DNA of 64,000 nt from Hormiphora californensis. Lineage: Eukaryota > Animalia > Ctenophora. Below are positions 27,661 to 39,800 of the stretch, piece by piece. The position numbers and the translations under genes are program-made. The stretch covers positions 5,208,001-5,272,000 of the forward strand of contig CM035356.1 in the NCBI GenBank assembly GCA_020137815.1, in the 5' to 3' direction. The notes under the pieces are model-generated. The model saw only the letters and a program-made list of their open reading frames with translations, was not told where the DNA came from and made no database searches. Each line of letters opens with the position of its first letter. The first letter of the stretch is position 1.

Positions 27661-30009
27661 TTGTTTGTTGGGATGATATCTCCTTCTATCCTGTGTAACC
27701 TGTTTCTTTCTCCTTTTATCTTCGGATTGGCCAAGAACCTACTATCGTTCGGTGAGAAACTAAAATTTGCAGAGCAAAGGTTGAATTATTTGAGACGCTG
27801 TAAACACACTAACATTTTTCCTGCCTTCATTAATAACAGTATTCATTGCAACACAGATCTTTTATTCAACGCGAAACCGACGACACGTGCCCAGCGTTTA
27901 GTCCACAACCTGAAGTCTCACGCCCTTAATTATGCCATCAGCGGTCATTATCAGCAGATTAGTCAACTGAAACGGTCTGTTATCTCCTCGAGAAATGAGT
28001 TGTATCATGCCTGCCCTGATAACATCTTTAACCGGGTTAATGCCTTGTTCACTGAGTATAATGAGCATAGTAAATGTGTTGCCAAGGAGAGGTTGAGGAG
28101 GAAGTATGACCACCAGGCTTGGTTACAGGGTAGGAGACCACCTTCAGCACCCACTTCCCCCACCTGTCCAGTCACCTCACCACCATGTGAGGAGCGCAAT
28201 ACTGCTATTCTCGAAACTCTTTCTGATAATGAAAGTGCATTGCTTGACCTTGGCCCTAATTTTGCACTCTCAACCCGTGTCGACAGCCATCTGACCGAGA
28301 ACATAGGTCGAGAGATAGCTGCATGTGCCTATCGATTGAGATGGAAGCAAGCCACCAGTGAACGGGCGACTGTTAACACCCAGTTACAGGTTTGGAAAAG
28401 TGAGGGAGCCCCTGTAGACCGACGTAATTTGTACCCCCCACCCCCTACTGACACTAGTACAGAGGATAAGACCTGTCTTTATATACTAATTAAGACCCAT
28501 AAGTTCAAAGTTGCATCTATCTCATCTCCGGAGGATTTCTTCAGCGCCTGTAAGGTACGTCCCATCGTCTCATGTGTCAACTCCCCCTCTTCCAAGATGG
28601 CCTGGCTAGTGACACACATATTGAGTCCATTATTGGAACACATACCTTGCCACCTCAGCAACATCCACCAACATCTGGATACGCTGCGCTCGATCCCTCC
28701 GGGGGATCTATCAGGCCGCAACTTTTGCACAGCTGATATATCAGCTCTCTACACTAATCTAGATATTTTGGCCTGCATTAAATCTGTCATTGACTTCGCG
28801 GAGCAGAACGTCGACCATTTGAATCTTAGGGGGCTACAGTTGGTCGATGTTCACGAGATCCTGGATGCAGTCCTCTTAAACTCATACTTTACATATGACG
28901 GGAGGCTGTATAAACAACTCCAGGGACTCTTCATGGGTTGTGCTCCGAGCCCCATCGCCGCGGTCATCCGAGTCTTCATGTTCGAGAGAAGCACCCTGTA
29001 CGCTGATGTCCAGTTCCTCCCTATCTATGGGAGGTATATAGATGACGCCTACACCCTAGCATCATCTAGAACAGAGGCGGTGGAGCTGTTTAGGAACATA
29101 GACAAGGAAGACCCGGATGGCCTGATTGCTTGGGAAGTAGATTTTCCTGACACGTAGGGAGATTGGACCCCTTTCCTGGGTACGGAAGTGAGGGTGGTGA
29201 ATGATAAAATCGAGTCGCAGTTTTACCGGAAGCCCACCAGGAAACGGATAACTCTACACTTTAAATCCCACCACCCCCTCCGAATGAAGATCCAGACTGC
29301 CAGAAACTTCTATCATACCGCAGAGCGTAGTTCATCTCCATCACATGTTGAACAGTCTCGGGAAGTAGTGGATAACCTGCTCCTGGCTAATGGATACACA
29401 GATCCCCGTACTTTTGCTTTCGACACCCATGTCTCAAACCATCAACATCGGAACGAGACTACAGAGGAACAGGTGATTCTAAAGCTACCGTACATAACTG
29501 AGGGCTTCAGTGACCAGGTTACCCGGTTTGTCATTTCAAACAACCTTCCCATCAAGATTGTGTTTACGCCAGGCAGGAAGTTGAGAGAGATCTTCTGCTC
29601 TTCTAGACCTAGAGATGGACTACCAACTTGCCATCTAGCGAACTGTAAAATTTGCCCTATCCTTACAGACGGACATTGTCAAATTATTGCCCCTGTTTAT
29701 AAAATTGAGTGTGTGTTATGTGGCGAAATGTATGTAGGAGAAACGGGCAGGACTGCCAAGGAAAGACTCTCTGAGCATCTTCGCTGTGCGAATTCTCCCT
29801 CAGCGAAGTCGTACAGAGAGAAAGCCCTTGCACTCCATTACAGTACCTTCCACCCGAACACCACTCCGAATCTTAGCTTTAGTATATTAGCAACTGAGAC
29901 TAAAATGTTATACAGGAAAATTATTGAAGCGTCATTTATTCATAGATTGAAACCGACTATTAATTTAAAGGAAGAGATGACAGATTTAACCAGATTTTTA
30001 GTTATTTAA
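27661..30009 (+). pseudogene. PLE reverse transcriptase plus GIY-YIG endonuclease, interrupted by one in-frame TAG (29155-29157) and probably an internal deletion near 28470
   Basis: LYILIKTHK, VRPIVSC, TADISALYTN, YKQLQGLFMGCAPSP, RYIDDAY, PFLGTEV, FYRKPT, then VYKIECVLCGEMYVGETGR...RLSEH and RKIIEASFI...PTIN. Both ORFs share one frame. Confidence 0.9.
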
Positions 30010-30143
30010 TTTATTTAATTTATTTAATTTATGTATTTCATTAATTATTCAGATCTGATTTCTTTATGTCCGTTATTTTACCAGTTAGATCGCGTGATCC
30101 AGTTTTCGATAGTAGTTTAGATAGAAGGGAAGAGATAGAGTCT

Positions 30144-30174
<31 letters not shown>

Positions 30175-30502
30175 GAGAGAGGGAGGGAGGGAGAGAGAGA
30201 GAGTGAGAGAGAGAGAGAGAGAGAGAAAAGATGTCGTATAAGTATCTGCGTTGATGTTTAAATATCATCTTTTCTCATCTCCCTAGGTTTGAGATGTTGA
30301 GTAGTTATCATTATTTGGTATTTTAGATATTTAGTTTTGTAGACTTAGATTATTAGATTTTGTTATTAGCCACCCATTTTAGTTATTTAGTTATTTATTT
30401 AGTTATTTAGTTATTTAGTTATTTAGTACTTTATTTTTAGTCGTATATTAGTATTGCAGTGTGTGTACAGCTATGTGATGTGATTTTAACCAATTTTCCA
30501 AA

Positions 30503-30553
30503 TTTTGTAGGCTGAGGAAGATGTTGTAACATCGAAACTGTTCGTTAATAAAA
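30503..30553 (+). ncRNA. Minimal hammerhead-ribozyme-like motif in the PLE pseudo-LTR
   Basis: CTGAGGA (30512-30518), stem II GATGT/TGTA/ACATC, GAAAC (30534-30538), then GTTC/GTTA and AATAAA. Stem I pairing is weak. Confidence 0.5.
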
Positions 30554-31312
30554 ACACCGCTTTTCATTTTGTCCTGATTGATTGAAGCCGGAAGGAGATA
30601 TCATCCCAACAAACAATTTCTTAAAACTTTTTAAAACTTTTTTGCGCTGCATCGTTCGTGCGCGTGCGCCGCGCATTGAAAACCATATTTTTTAAAATGT
30701 TTCCAAAAATGTTTCCAAAAAAACAGAAAAGCTAACTCCTTGAAAAGCGATAAGAAGAATTATCAAGACCGTGAATTAATTAATTTATTGTTTCGTTCTT
30801 GAAAAGCGCTGCCTTATCCCGCGCTGCATCGGGGCCAGCAACGTTTGCCAAGCTAACTCCAAAGCAAAAAATTTGGCCGAAAACAGACAAAAAGCCGAAT
30901 ATCTCTTCACCGCCTGGGCCCACGCCCCACTGCCCAGTTCCCAGGTCCCAGACCCACTAGACGTATTATAGTAGGACTGTTTTAACTGTGGCCACAAAGA
31001 GTTGTAGAGTGTAGACGATCATCCAATTCAGATTTCCACATTGGGCACTGCATCTCTCTCACCATAGGGATCCCTAAAAAAGTTCAGAGTTTACACAGAG
31101 TTTACACAGTCTTTACTCAGTCATTACACCCAGAGCGGCGCGTGCTGCGCGTTTCGGTGTTTTCACTGCAATCATGAGTGTTTTACGCGCTGCGGCTAAA
31201 AAATATGGTAACAACGCTGCTAAATTTTTAATATTCAGTGCGCTCTAAAATTAGGGGTTTTTTAATTTTTTTTAAAGTGGAAAAGCTACTAAAGATTTGA
31301 GAAAAGCGTTCA

Positions 31313-31464
31313 ATGAGGCCCCTCGGAAATGTTCAAGTCATGCACAATCAAGTCACGCCCACCAATCACAGCTCAGAATGAGCGGAGGGCTTCGCGCGTT
31401 CTGAGCTGTGATTGGTGGGCGTGACTTGATTGTGCATGACTTGAACATTTCCGAGGGGCCTCAT
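31313..31464. mobile_element. Nested Tourist-like (PIF/Harbinger) MITE, 152 bp
   Basis: About 66-bp perfect TIRs starting ATGAGGCCCCTCGG; 3-bp TSD TCA at 31310-31312 and 31465-31467. Confidence 0.85.
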
Positions 31465-31491
31465 TCAAACTCTCAAGGCCTCAGGCCTAGG

Positions 31492-31643
<152 letters not shown>

Positions 31644-31698
31644 AATTTGAGATATGTCCTCAGGATGTTGAGACCGCCCGTAGGGGCAGGCAGAAGTT

Positions 31699-32760
31699 AT
31701 GACGGAGAAACTTAATACCTCTGATGCAGATACCGATCCACTGGAATGCTGGGATTTGTCGATGATGGAAAAACTTCGTTGTGCAGTAGAGAACGTTTTT
31801 CATATCAAGAACGGGCTCAAACAACCAAGTGAACAACAGGTTGATGGAGTATTGTCTAAGTTATTGGATTCTAGTTTGTATGATGATCCTGAGCAGTATA
31901 TTGAGGACGCACTGCCGAAAGACTCCGAAATGAGAAAGTATAATGTTGATCGTTTCATGGCTTTCACCGAGAACCTCTCTCGTCATATTTTTCGGATAGT
32001 GAGAGAAATAGGACCAGTTATGAAGGAGAAACGTCTGTATGCAACTGCCCGAATGAAAGAACGCCTGGAACTAGTGGAGTGTAATCAGAAACTCAAGGAG
32101 GTACAAGAAGAGCTTGGCACTTTTAAGGAAGAAATCGACAAACATCGGGTATCAAGGATTGAACTGCAAGAGAAGCTGATTGAAGCACAAAATACTTTGA
32201 TTGAAGTACAAGGTCGGAAACTTAGTTCAGTGTCAGAGTCTGTTCAGAAGCATTTGCAGGGCTACTCCAAGGTGCTTGTACAGAATTGCTCTGCAGCTAT
32301 TGCACCATCCCGCCTCCAAGCAGCATTGAAGAAAGCGACTGTACCCCATCCAAGTACAACCGCGGAAGAAGCAACTCTTGATCGCAAGTTGAATTTGGTT
32401 ATATTTGGGCTGCCAGAAACTACGGCAAGGGCTACTGAGCATGAAGTTCAGGATATCTTTGGTGAGCTCAATGAAAAACCAGTCATATCTTCTACAAAGC
32501 GTATTGGCGAAAAGACTGATAACCGACCGAGAACCAGTAATTGTTACACTTGAAAAGGAGGGAATCTTTGTTACAACTTCTAAGAAAAGCAAAAACAGCT
32601 CCGAGATTCAGAGAAATTCTCCTCGGTGTTTCTCTCCCCCGACCTAACACCGGAGGAGCAGCGAGAGCGGAAAACTCTCGTTGATACAGTGAAAGGACTG
32701 AGGCGAGACAATCCGAATGGACGATACTGGGTTAGCAGGGGGGTAATTAAATGTGGCTGA
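31699..32760 (+). pseudogene. LINE ORF1-like protein (coiled coil plus RRM-like region) with frameshifts near 32532 and 32595; no ORF2 follows
   Basis: Heptad region, then RKLNLVIFGLPE...KRIGEKTDNRPR; the shifted frames continue PVIVTL and VFLSPDLTPEEQRERKTLV...GVIKCG-stop, typical of CR1/L2-type ORF1. Confidence 0.7.
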
Positions 32761-32988
32761 CCTGCTGCATGTAATTTGTACTCTAAAGAGACTTCAATAG
32801 GAACCTTATGACTGTCAATTTAGCCCACAAAAAGGGGCAGTATATGTTGTATTTTATCCAATGTATACATTTTAGATTTAATAATAATAATCTCTCTCTC
32901 TCTCTCTCCCTCTTTCTCTCTCTTTCTCTCTCTCTGTCTCTTTCTCTCTCTCTCTCTCTCTCTGTCTCTGTCCCTCTCTCTCCCTCTT

Positions 32989-33039
<51 letters not shown>

Positions 33040-33371
33040 ATCTCTCTCCCTCTCTCTCCCTCTCTCTGTCCCTCTCTCTCTCTCTCCCTGTCCCTCTCTC
33101 TGTCCCTCTCCCTATCTCCCTATCCCTCTTTGCAGGTAAATATACAACCAATCGGCCGTCATGGAGAAAGAAATCAATTCTGGTCGGAGTACAAAGGTAA
33201 GCCTTGGTTCTATTTTACTACGTTATACTTATACTTAAATTTATCTTTATGAAGATCTGTACGAGCAAATGGGTGGTATGTTCCTGCTGATACTATTTAG
33301 TTGTGTTTATTGATTTTTCTAGCGGGGGACAGGTCATTACAGTTCTGAGTTCAGACAGGTCGAAACACTGA

Positions 33372-33540
33372 TTTGGTTGAGGGTTTCAGGGTTTTGCCCC
33401 TTCTTCAGCCCAAATTAGTTTGTTTAAAGTAGTGTTGAAAAGTTTCAAACTTTTCAGCACTTTTTCAAACGTTTCAACGCCACTTAATCAAATTAATTTG
33501 AGCTGAAGAAGGGGTAAAACCCTGAAACGTTCGACCGATC
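33372..33540. repeat. Inverted repeat with about 60-bp arms, each carrying a hammerhead-like core
   Basis: CTGAAGA-AGGG(loop)CCCT-GAAAC at 33503-33528 (+) and 33383-33408 (-). Confidence 0.6.
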
Positions 33541-33701
33541 CTATGTGGGTTCTGGGTTCTGTACAATTGGGTTACGGATCGTTCTTCATAGGTCCCCATA
33601 TTATTATCAGTATCACTTTGTGGCGTGTGCTAACTTGGAGTTTGTTGCAACTGTTTAATCACTTAACTGTTATCTTCCCTCCCCGCCAGCATCGTCTTAC
33701 T

Positions 33702-33803
<102 letters not shown>

Positions 33804-33978
33804 TTGCTTTGTTATCTCAATCTAATCTGTTCCTTTTTCTTTATCTTATCTTCCGAGTTTAACATCTTGGGGGGGGGGGGGTTGGGTAGGGCGATTCCCG
33901 CCAATCTTTCTACTGTAGTGCACTGATAAGAGATTAAACTCTTCTAATCTCTAATTTCCTTACTTATCCACGCGTTCG

Positions 33979-34046
<68 letters not shown>

Positions 34047-34230
34047 GTAGGGGGGGGGGTGGGAAGGGCTGAAGGGACGGTGAGCGAATCTCTTTGTATT
34101 TTAGTTGTAAAACTAGGGTCACATATTTTTGCAAGACCCCTTCTTCAAAAATGACATTGAAATCCCTATCCAATTGTTATGTTATGGGTGGAGCTACGGT
34201 TAAAAAATTAATCGTTCACCCCCTCTGCAG

Positions 34231-34746
34231 GTCATCACACGATGAAATTCTTGGTAGTAATAGCACCATGCGGTGCAATTACCTATATCAGTCCGACTAA
34301 CCCTGGGGGTCAACCGATAAACAGATAGTGGAGGCGACAGGAATTTTTTTAGTTCCAACCTGGAGATCAAATACTTGTGGATAAAGGGTTCCTTATAACA
34401 GATATTCTGCCTCCAGGTAATAAACAGATATACATTACATCATACAGAGAGTGAGAGAGAGAAGGAGAGAGAGAGAAGGAGAGAGTGAGAGAGAGAAAAT
34501 GAGTGAGAGAGAGACGGACTGCTGACCGTGCCTGGCTAATAAGTTTCTTCTCCATGTGTAACGATGCAGATGCCAACTGGCCTGTGGGGTGGACGGCAAC
34601 AGTTCAATGTGGCACAAGGAGAGAACAACCGTGTGTGTAGGACTCTGGGTGTCGCCTGTCATAACGGGATTATTCCTGTGTTGGCGAAGCCCTTGAATGA
34701 GTGTTTGAAATATTTGAACTTTCATTGTTTTCCGTACTCATTTTAA
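34231..34746 (+). pseudogene. Spliced DDE_Tnp_4-type transposase remnant
   Basis: HTMKFLVVIAPCGAITYIS, DKQIVEATG and PGDQILVDKGFLI with frameshifts; donor at 34417, a (GA)-rich intron, then QMPTGLWGGRQQF. Confidence 0.7.
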
Positions 34747-35290
34747 ATGTTGACCACGATAAAAAACTAATACTTCTTCGCCCATCTGACATCTCTTTCT
34801 TTTAGTAATGTGATTAATATTGTTGTTATGAGCATAATTCTATTAACTCGACAAAATTACTCGTATTTAAATTTGTTACAAACATTGATTTATCGGTGGT
34901 TACACAGTGCAGTGGCCTGGGACGGTAGCAAATAGCGATGATCAATTGTCGCTTCAATCTTTGGTGCGAGAGAAACAACAACGGCCGCCAACGGGAGTTG
35001 TATCTCAACACTCGCTCTGTACGTTCATGTAGCGCGCGGTAACTAAATTGTTAAAACCAGTACTTGCTAGTTGCGCGGGAGTATTTGGTACGCGCAAAAA
35101 GAATCCGCGCGAAAATCAAGAAACGCGCAGCACGCGCCGCTCTGGGTGTAATGACTGAGTAAAGACTGTGTAAACTCTGTGTAAACTCTGAACTTTTTTA
35201 GGGATCCCTATCCCTCCGGTGATCTCCATAGTACCGACCAAATTACTTATTGCTACTGCTCCTTAGGATGTAAAGTGTAGAAAGTGAATC

Positions 35291-35999
35291 ATGGGAGGAG
35301 AGCAAAGTAAAGAGGGTAGCACGTTGGTTGAGGTGAATCCTGGACCGAACCAAAATCAATCAAAAGTATGTATTGGCAAACAGGGCGGAAAATGTGCTTG
35401 TAACATGAGCTGCGACTGACACTATTGCTGCAACTATTGTTTAGGTAGCGACTGCAGCACCAGTAAAACTTACGCGATGCCAACCACTTCTACTAAACAG
35501 TGCAGTACATGATACTTTACCATCAGATCACACTCAACTTCGGCACCTTAAATCCCGGCCCATCGGAGAGGTATTATTTTCCAGAAAGAAATAAATATCC
35601 ATTTTCCGTGTCTTTACTCTTTACCCATCTTAATCATTTTAGCCTTCCCCTCTCATCTTTGTTTATCTCTTTATCCTACTCAAAAGTAAGTAGTATCTCT
35701 CTCCTTTTCTCTCTTCCTCCCTAACCCCCTCCCTACCATTCAGCTGTTTAGCCTATGCAAGGAGCACCTGCCCCTAATGCCCCTAACCCCCATGGTAACC
35801 ATGGTAACTCCCTTCCTAATGGTAACCATGGTAACTCCCTTCCTAATGGTAACCATGGTAACTCCCTTCCTATGGTAACCATGGTAACTCCTCTACTCAG
35901 CTGTTTAGCCTATACGAGGAGCACCTGAGAAACAATGATGGGAGCATATCAGAGGAAACAAAAAAGCTCGCTAACCCGAAAAATAAAGGACCAGAATGA
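35291..35999 (+). CDS. BORCS5: BLOC-1-related complex subunit 5 (myrlysin/LOH12CR1), N-terminal half. Exons 35291-35365, 35445-35570 and 35901 onward; 3' end corrupted or missing
   Basis: Myristoylation-type start MGGEQSKE (human MGSEQSSE), CQPLL, and QLRHLKSRPIGELFSLYEEHL aligning with recalled [21 protein letters not shown]. GT-AG joins in phase. Confidence 0.7.
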
Positions 36000-36149
36000 A
36001 GGGAGAGCTCAAAATAGTTACCATAGTTAGCTTAGCACACTGTTATTTGTCTCCTTTATAGGTTTATTTATTTTTCCCCTCTTTTTTGCCTTTTAAAGTT
36101 AAAGAAATTTTTCGGGAAAAATTTTTTAATTTTAATGAAAATTTTGGGA

Positions 36150-36349
36150 TGTTTTTCCTGGAGGCCGTTGCAGGGGCTACTGAGACAGGGGGAGCAGTTA
36201 GTATTATAGGAGGGGGAGATACCGCAACTTGTATCGCCAAGTTTTCAACTGAAGATCGGTTCTCGCACATTAGTACGGGAGGTGGTGCGAGTTTGGAGTT
36301 GCTTGAAGGAAAGGCGTTACCGGGTGTGGTGGCTCTTAGCAGTAAGTAG
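36150..36349 (+). CDS. PGK: Phosphoglycerate kinase, C-terminal fragment only
   Basis: [10 protein letters not shown]...[26 protein letters not shown]-stop, the PGK C-terminal signature. Upstream sequence is degraded. Confidence 0.9.
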
Positions 36350-37073
36350 TTTGATTATTTAGTAACACCCTGTAGTTTTTAGTGTCACTTTTTAGAACTC
36401 ACCGGCTGAGGAAATGTTATTTATTAAAACTCCATTGTGTGATCTTTGTAAGATATTGTTCGTTTTTTGTTTTTAAAACTTCCTTTTTTGGAATACGATC
36501 ATCCCTGATATATGTAAAGTGCATTTATTAACTACATTTTATCATGTTTTGATCTAATGAATTTTACTACCCCCTCCCATCCCCTCTCATCCCCTCTCAT
36601 AATATCTCTCTCCTTCCTTCGCCAGGCGGTCCGGTGTGAGTGTGTGTAAACGCAGAGAGATGAAGTGTGTGTGGGGCGCGTGTGCTAACACGACTAGCAA
36701 GTTGCGCGCGCCAAATGAAAAGAGTAGAAGTTGTTATCAGCTACGTAGCAGCGCGCACATCCTTGCAAAACACAGCAAAGATTGTGTGTGACTTGATTGT
36801 GTCTGTTGTGTACAAGATTCCTCTTTCTTCCTGTTTCTTTCCTCCCCTCTTATCTATCTTGGAGAAAACAAATAAAGCACGGTTCTGCTGGAAGCACCCC
36901 TTTTAAAATCCAACTTTAACCGTCAGCTTCGCCTTCAGCTCACTTTACACCTAAACCCCATTCGGATCCCCCGCCACTTAGTTTTATATCACCATTCTTT
37001 CATTATCCTTCCCTAACCTCATCTCTCTCTCCTTCTGGTTCCTAACCCCTCTCCCTGCTTGTAGCTCAGTAGT

Positions 37074-37357
37074 ATGAGTTATGAGGATCACTTTACCCGA
37101 GTCGAAGAGGAATTTGTAGAGTTCACAACGGACAGACAGCCATTCAGCTCTGCTTTTTCAACTGATAGGACCTTTCAAAATGCTAATCTTGATGAAACTC
37201 CAGATATAGCTAGCGAGGTAATATATATGTGGTTCTAGTCCCCACCCCTCCCCGCCTCACTTTTTGTTGCTGCAGCAATCCCTAAAAGGTCTTATTATAT
37301 TTCCCTCTTACTGGCAAGAACAGTAATCTTGAGAAGATTCTCTCTCTCGCACACACA

Positions 37358-37388
<31 letters not shown>

Positions 37389-39504
37389 TCTCCCTCTCTC
37401 TCCCACTAGGTGACGGTAGGGAAGGATGTTGACACGAAATATGAGATGAAGAAGTGTACATCCAATACCCAAAGATCTCCCAAACATAGCGGATCAACAG
37501 GAAAACATGATCAGGTATTGTGTGGTTACTGGTTATAGATAAAACATCATGCACTGAGACTGTGAGAATAAAATACTGAGTGAATGAAATAATTTGTAAA
37601 CATTTCCCATGAACTAATACAACCATCCCCCAGGTATACCAGCAGCTGTCAAGTCATGGTGGTCACAAATATCTCAACATTTCAAACCCCACCTGGAGCA
37701 ACTGGGCCAGACAACAAAGGGGTGAGTGTTTTAGAGTTTCACTTAGTTTTAGAGTTTCACTAGGGTTTCACTACTGTCACTATCGCGAGTTTACTGCCCC
37801 GCGCCAGAGCTCTCAACCCCATCTTATACATTTTCAATAAATCAATATGTTTAGTCTAGCCCGCCATGTATTGCGGAGGTGTTCTGACCCCCCCCCCCCC
37901 CCTCCCATTCTGACCAATCCCCCCTCCAGGACGTCGAAGAAGTTCCTCCTCTCCCTCAGCTTCTGTTGGAAGCAGTGGAAGGAAGAAGTTTATCTGCGAA
38001 AAGTGCAACGATGTCTTTACCAGGTATATAACCGTGTTTATTTTTTAAATTTGGAATGGGAACAAGATATTCGAAATTTGTTTTCTCTTTTTTCCCGTAA
38101 CCCATTGCATTGAACCTTGCCTTGTTCGACCCTCCTTCCCCGCGAATTTGATCAAAACAAACTGAAACATTCTCCTGTGCTTTGATCGATGAGAGTGGTC
38201 TCACACACCTCTTTCTCTCCAGGTCTGGTGATCTAAGGGTACACCGAGATACCATGCACGCTGGTGAAAAGAAATACAAGTGTAGGGACTGTGGGAAGTT
38301 GTTCAGTCAAAAGGGCAGTCTCAACCGGCACATGGCACAGGTATTGCTGCTGGCAGGAACCGACCGAAACAAGTCAACAACCAATTAGAACTCGTTATTT
38401 AGGTCACGTGACTTGTTATCAGCCAATCAGGGACCAGTATTTCCTGATTCGGTCGGTTCCTGGCTGCTGGCAGATCTATAATAATGTACATTGTACAATG
38501 TGTATGTTTCTTAGTACTGCCCCTATCCCTCTGCCTCACCCCACTTTGACTACCCCCCACTAGGTGCCTCATGGAGAGTTCAAGTACCGGTGCCCCCGAT
38601 GTGGAACAATCTTCGTATACAAGGAGTACTTGATGACTCACCCGAAGTTTAGCATTAACTGTGTTAAACACGACGAATACACCCCCGTAAGTGCTGCCTG
38701 TAGTAGTAGGTGTAACCAGATTGTAGGTGTAACCAGATTATAGGTGCTGCTGTAGTAGGTGTAACCAGATTATAGGTGTAACCAGATTGTAGGTGTAACC
38801 AGATTGAAGGTGTAACCAGATTGTAGGTGTAACCAGATTGAAGGTGTAACCAGATTGAAGATGTAACCAGATTGTAGGTGTAACCAGATTGTAGGTGTAA
38901 CCAGATTGTAGGTGTAACCAGATTATAGGTGTAACCAGATTGTGGGTGTAACCAGATTGTAGGTGTAACCATATTGAAGGTGTAACCAGATTGTAGGTGT
39001 TACCAGATTGTAGGTGTAACCAGATTGAAGATGTAACCAGATTGTAGGTGTAACCAGATTGAAGGTCTAACCAGATTGAAGGTCTAACCAGATTGAAGGT
39101 CTAACCAGATTGAAGGTCTAACCAGATTGTTTAGTTAATTGAGCATTTTATCGTTTGTCTATGTTGGCGTTTTTTCTACCCAGTGTTGTTCGTGTGTTTT
39201 GATAACCCTATATTGTTTAGTTGATTGAGTATTTTATTAATTTATTGTTTCTTTAGACACTAACTCTAGTTATATTACAGTTACACAACTCCCCTAAACC
39301 CCACTTCCCTTCGTCCAGACGCAGAACAACCTGTTTAGCTCACTGAGTGAGGGTAGTGGCGAATCATCCTACCAACCTGCGATCTACCGATCTGGTCCTC
39401 CTGGACTCCGGGGCTCCCCCTACCCCCGGGTGTTCAGCAAGCCCCCTCCTGGCTTGAAGATCCCACACTCCTGCAGGAGTGCTGTGGGCCACAGTGGTGA
39501 GTGA
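37074..39504 (+). CDS. C2H2 zinc-finger protein (2 canonical fingers, 1 atypical). Exons 37074-37217, 37410-37514, 37634-37721, 37930-38023, 38223-38340, 38564-38686, 39319-39504
   Basis: FICEKCNDVFTRSGDLRVHRDTMH-AGEKK-YKCRDCGKLFSQKGSLNRHMAQVPH-GEFK-YRCPRCGTIF. All exons are open and phase-compatible; the terminal exons are less certain. Confidence 0.75.
38354..38462. mobile_element. hAT MITE (109 bp), 13 bp downstream of a zinc-finger gene splice donor
   Basis: Perfect 15-bp TIRs CAGGAACCGACCGAA; 8-bp TSD GCTGCTGG at 38346-38353 and 38463-38470. Confidence 0.9.
38706..39130. repeat. 17-bp minisatellite, about 24 copies, in the last intron of the zinc-finger gene
   Basis: Unit aggtgtaaccagattgt with minor variants. 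Confidence 0.92.
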
Positions 39505-39670
39505 GATGGAGAGTGGAGTGTGGTATTGCAAGGCGATGTGAGCGCCCCGACCCGTGATCTAGGACTCATAAGAAGGAGAGAGCAAAGTGAATTGAAGTGA
39601 GAGACACCTGCCGTTGGAGATGCGGAAATGCGATGTGAGAGAGAGAGGTAGAGGAACAATGAGAGCTAGT

Positions 39671-39800
<130 letters not shown>

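Larger units (their letters stand above)
27620..30616 (+). mobile_element. Penelope-like retroelement (PLE), defective, with an inverted 5' segment and a 3' pseudo-LTR
   Basis: RT + GIY-YIG ORF. About 12-bp TSD TTTCTTAAAACT at 27608-27619 and 30617-30628. 28-bp inverted terminal match between 27659-27686 and 30591-30618. Confidence 0.9.

Noticed and set aside
29155-29157. Programmed stop-codon readthrough in the PLE ORF
   Set aside because: PLEs normally have one continuous ORF, and this copy also seems internally deleted and 5' inverted, so a nonsense mutation is simpler.
36086-36349. PGK fragment as bacterial horizontal transfer
   Set aside because: The GGGDTATC...[14 protein letters not shown] wording is eukaryote-like, and the truncation is better explained by assembly damage.
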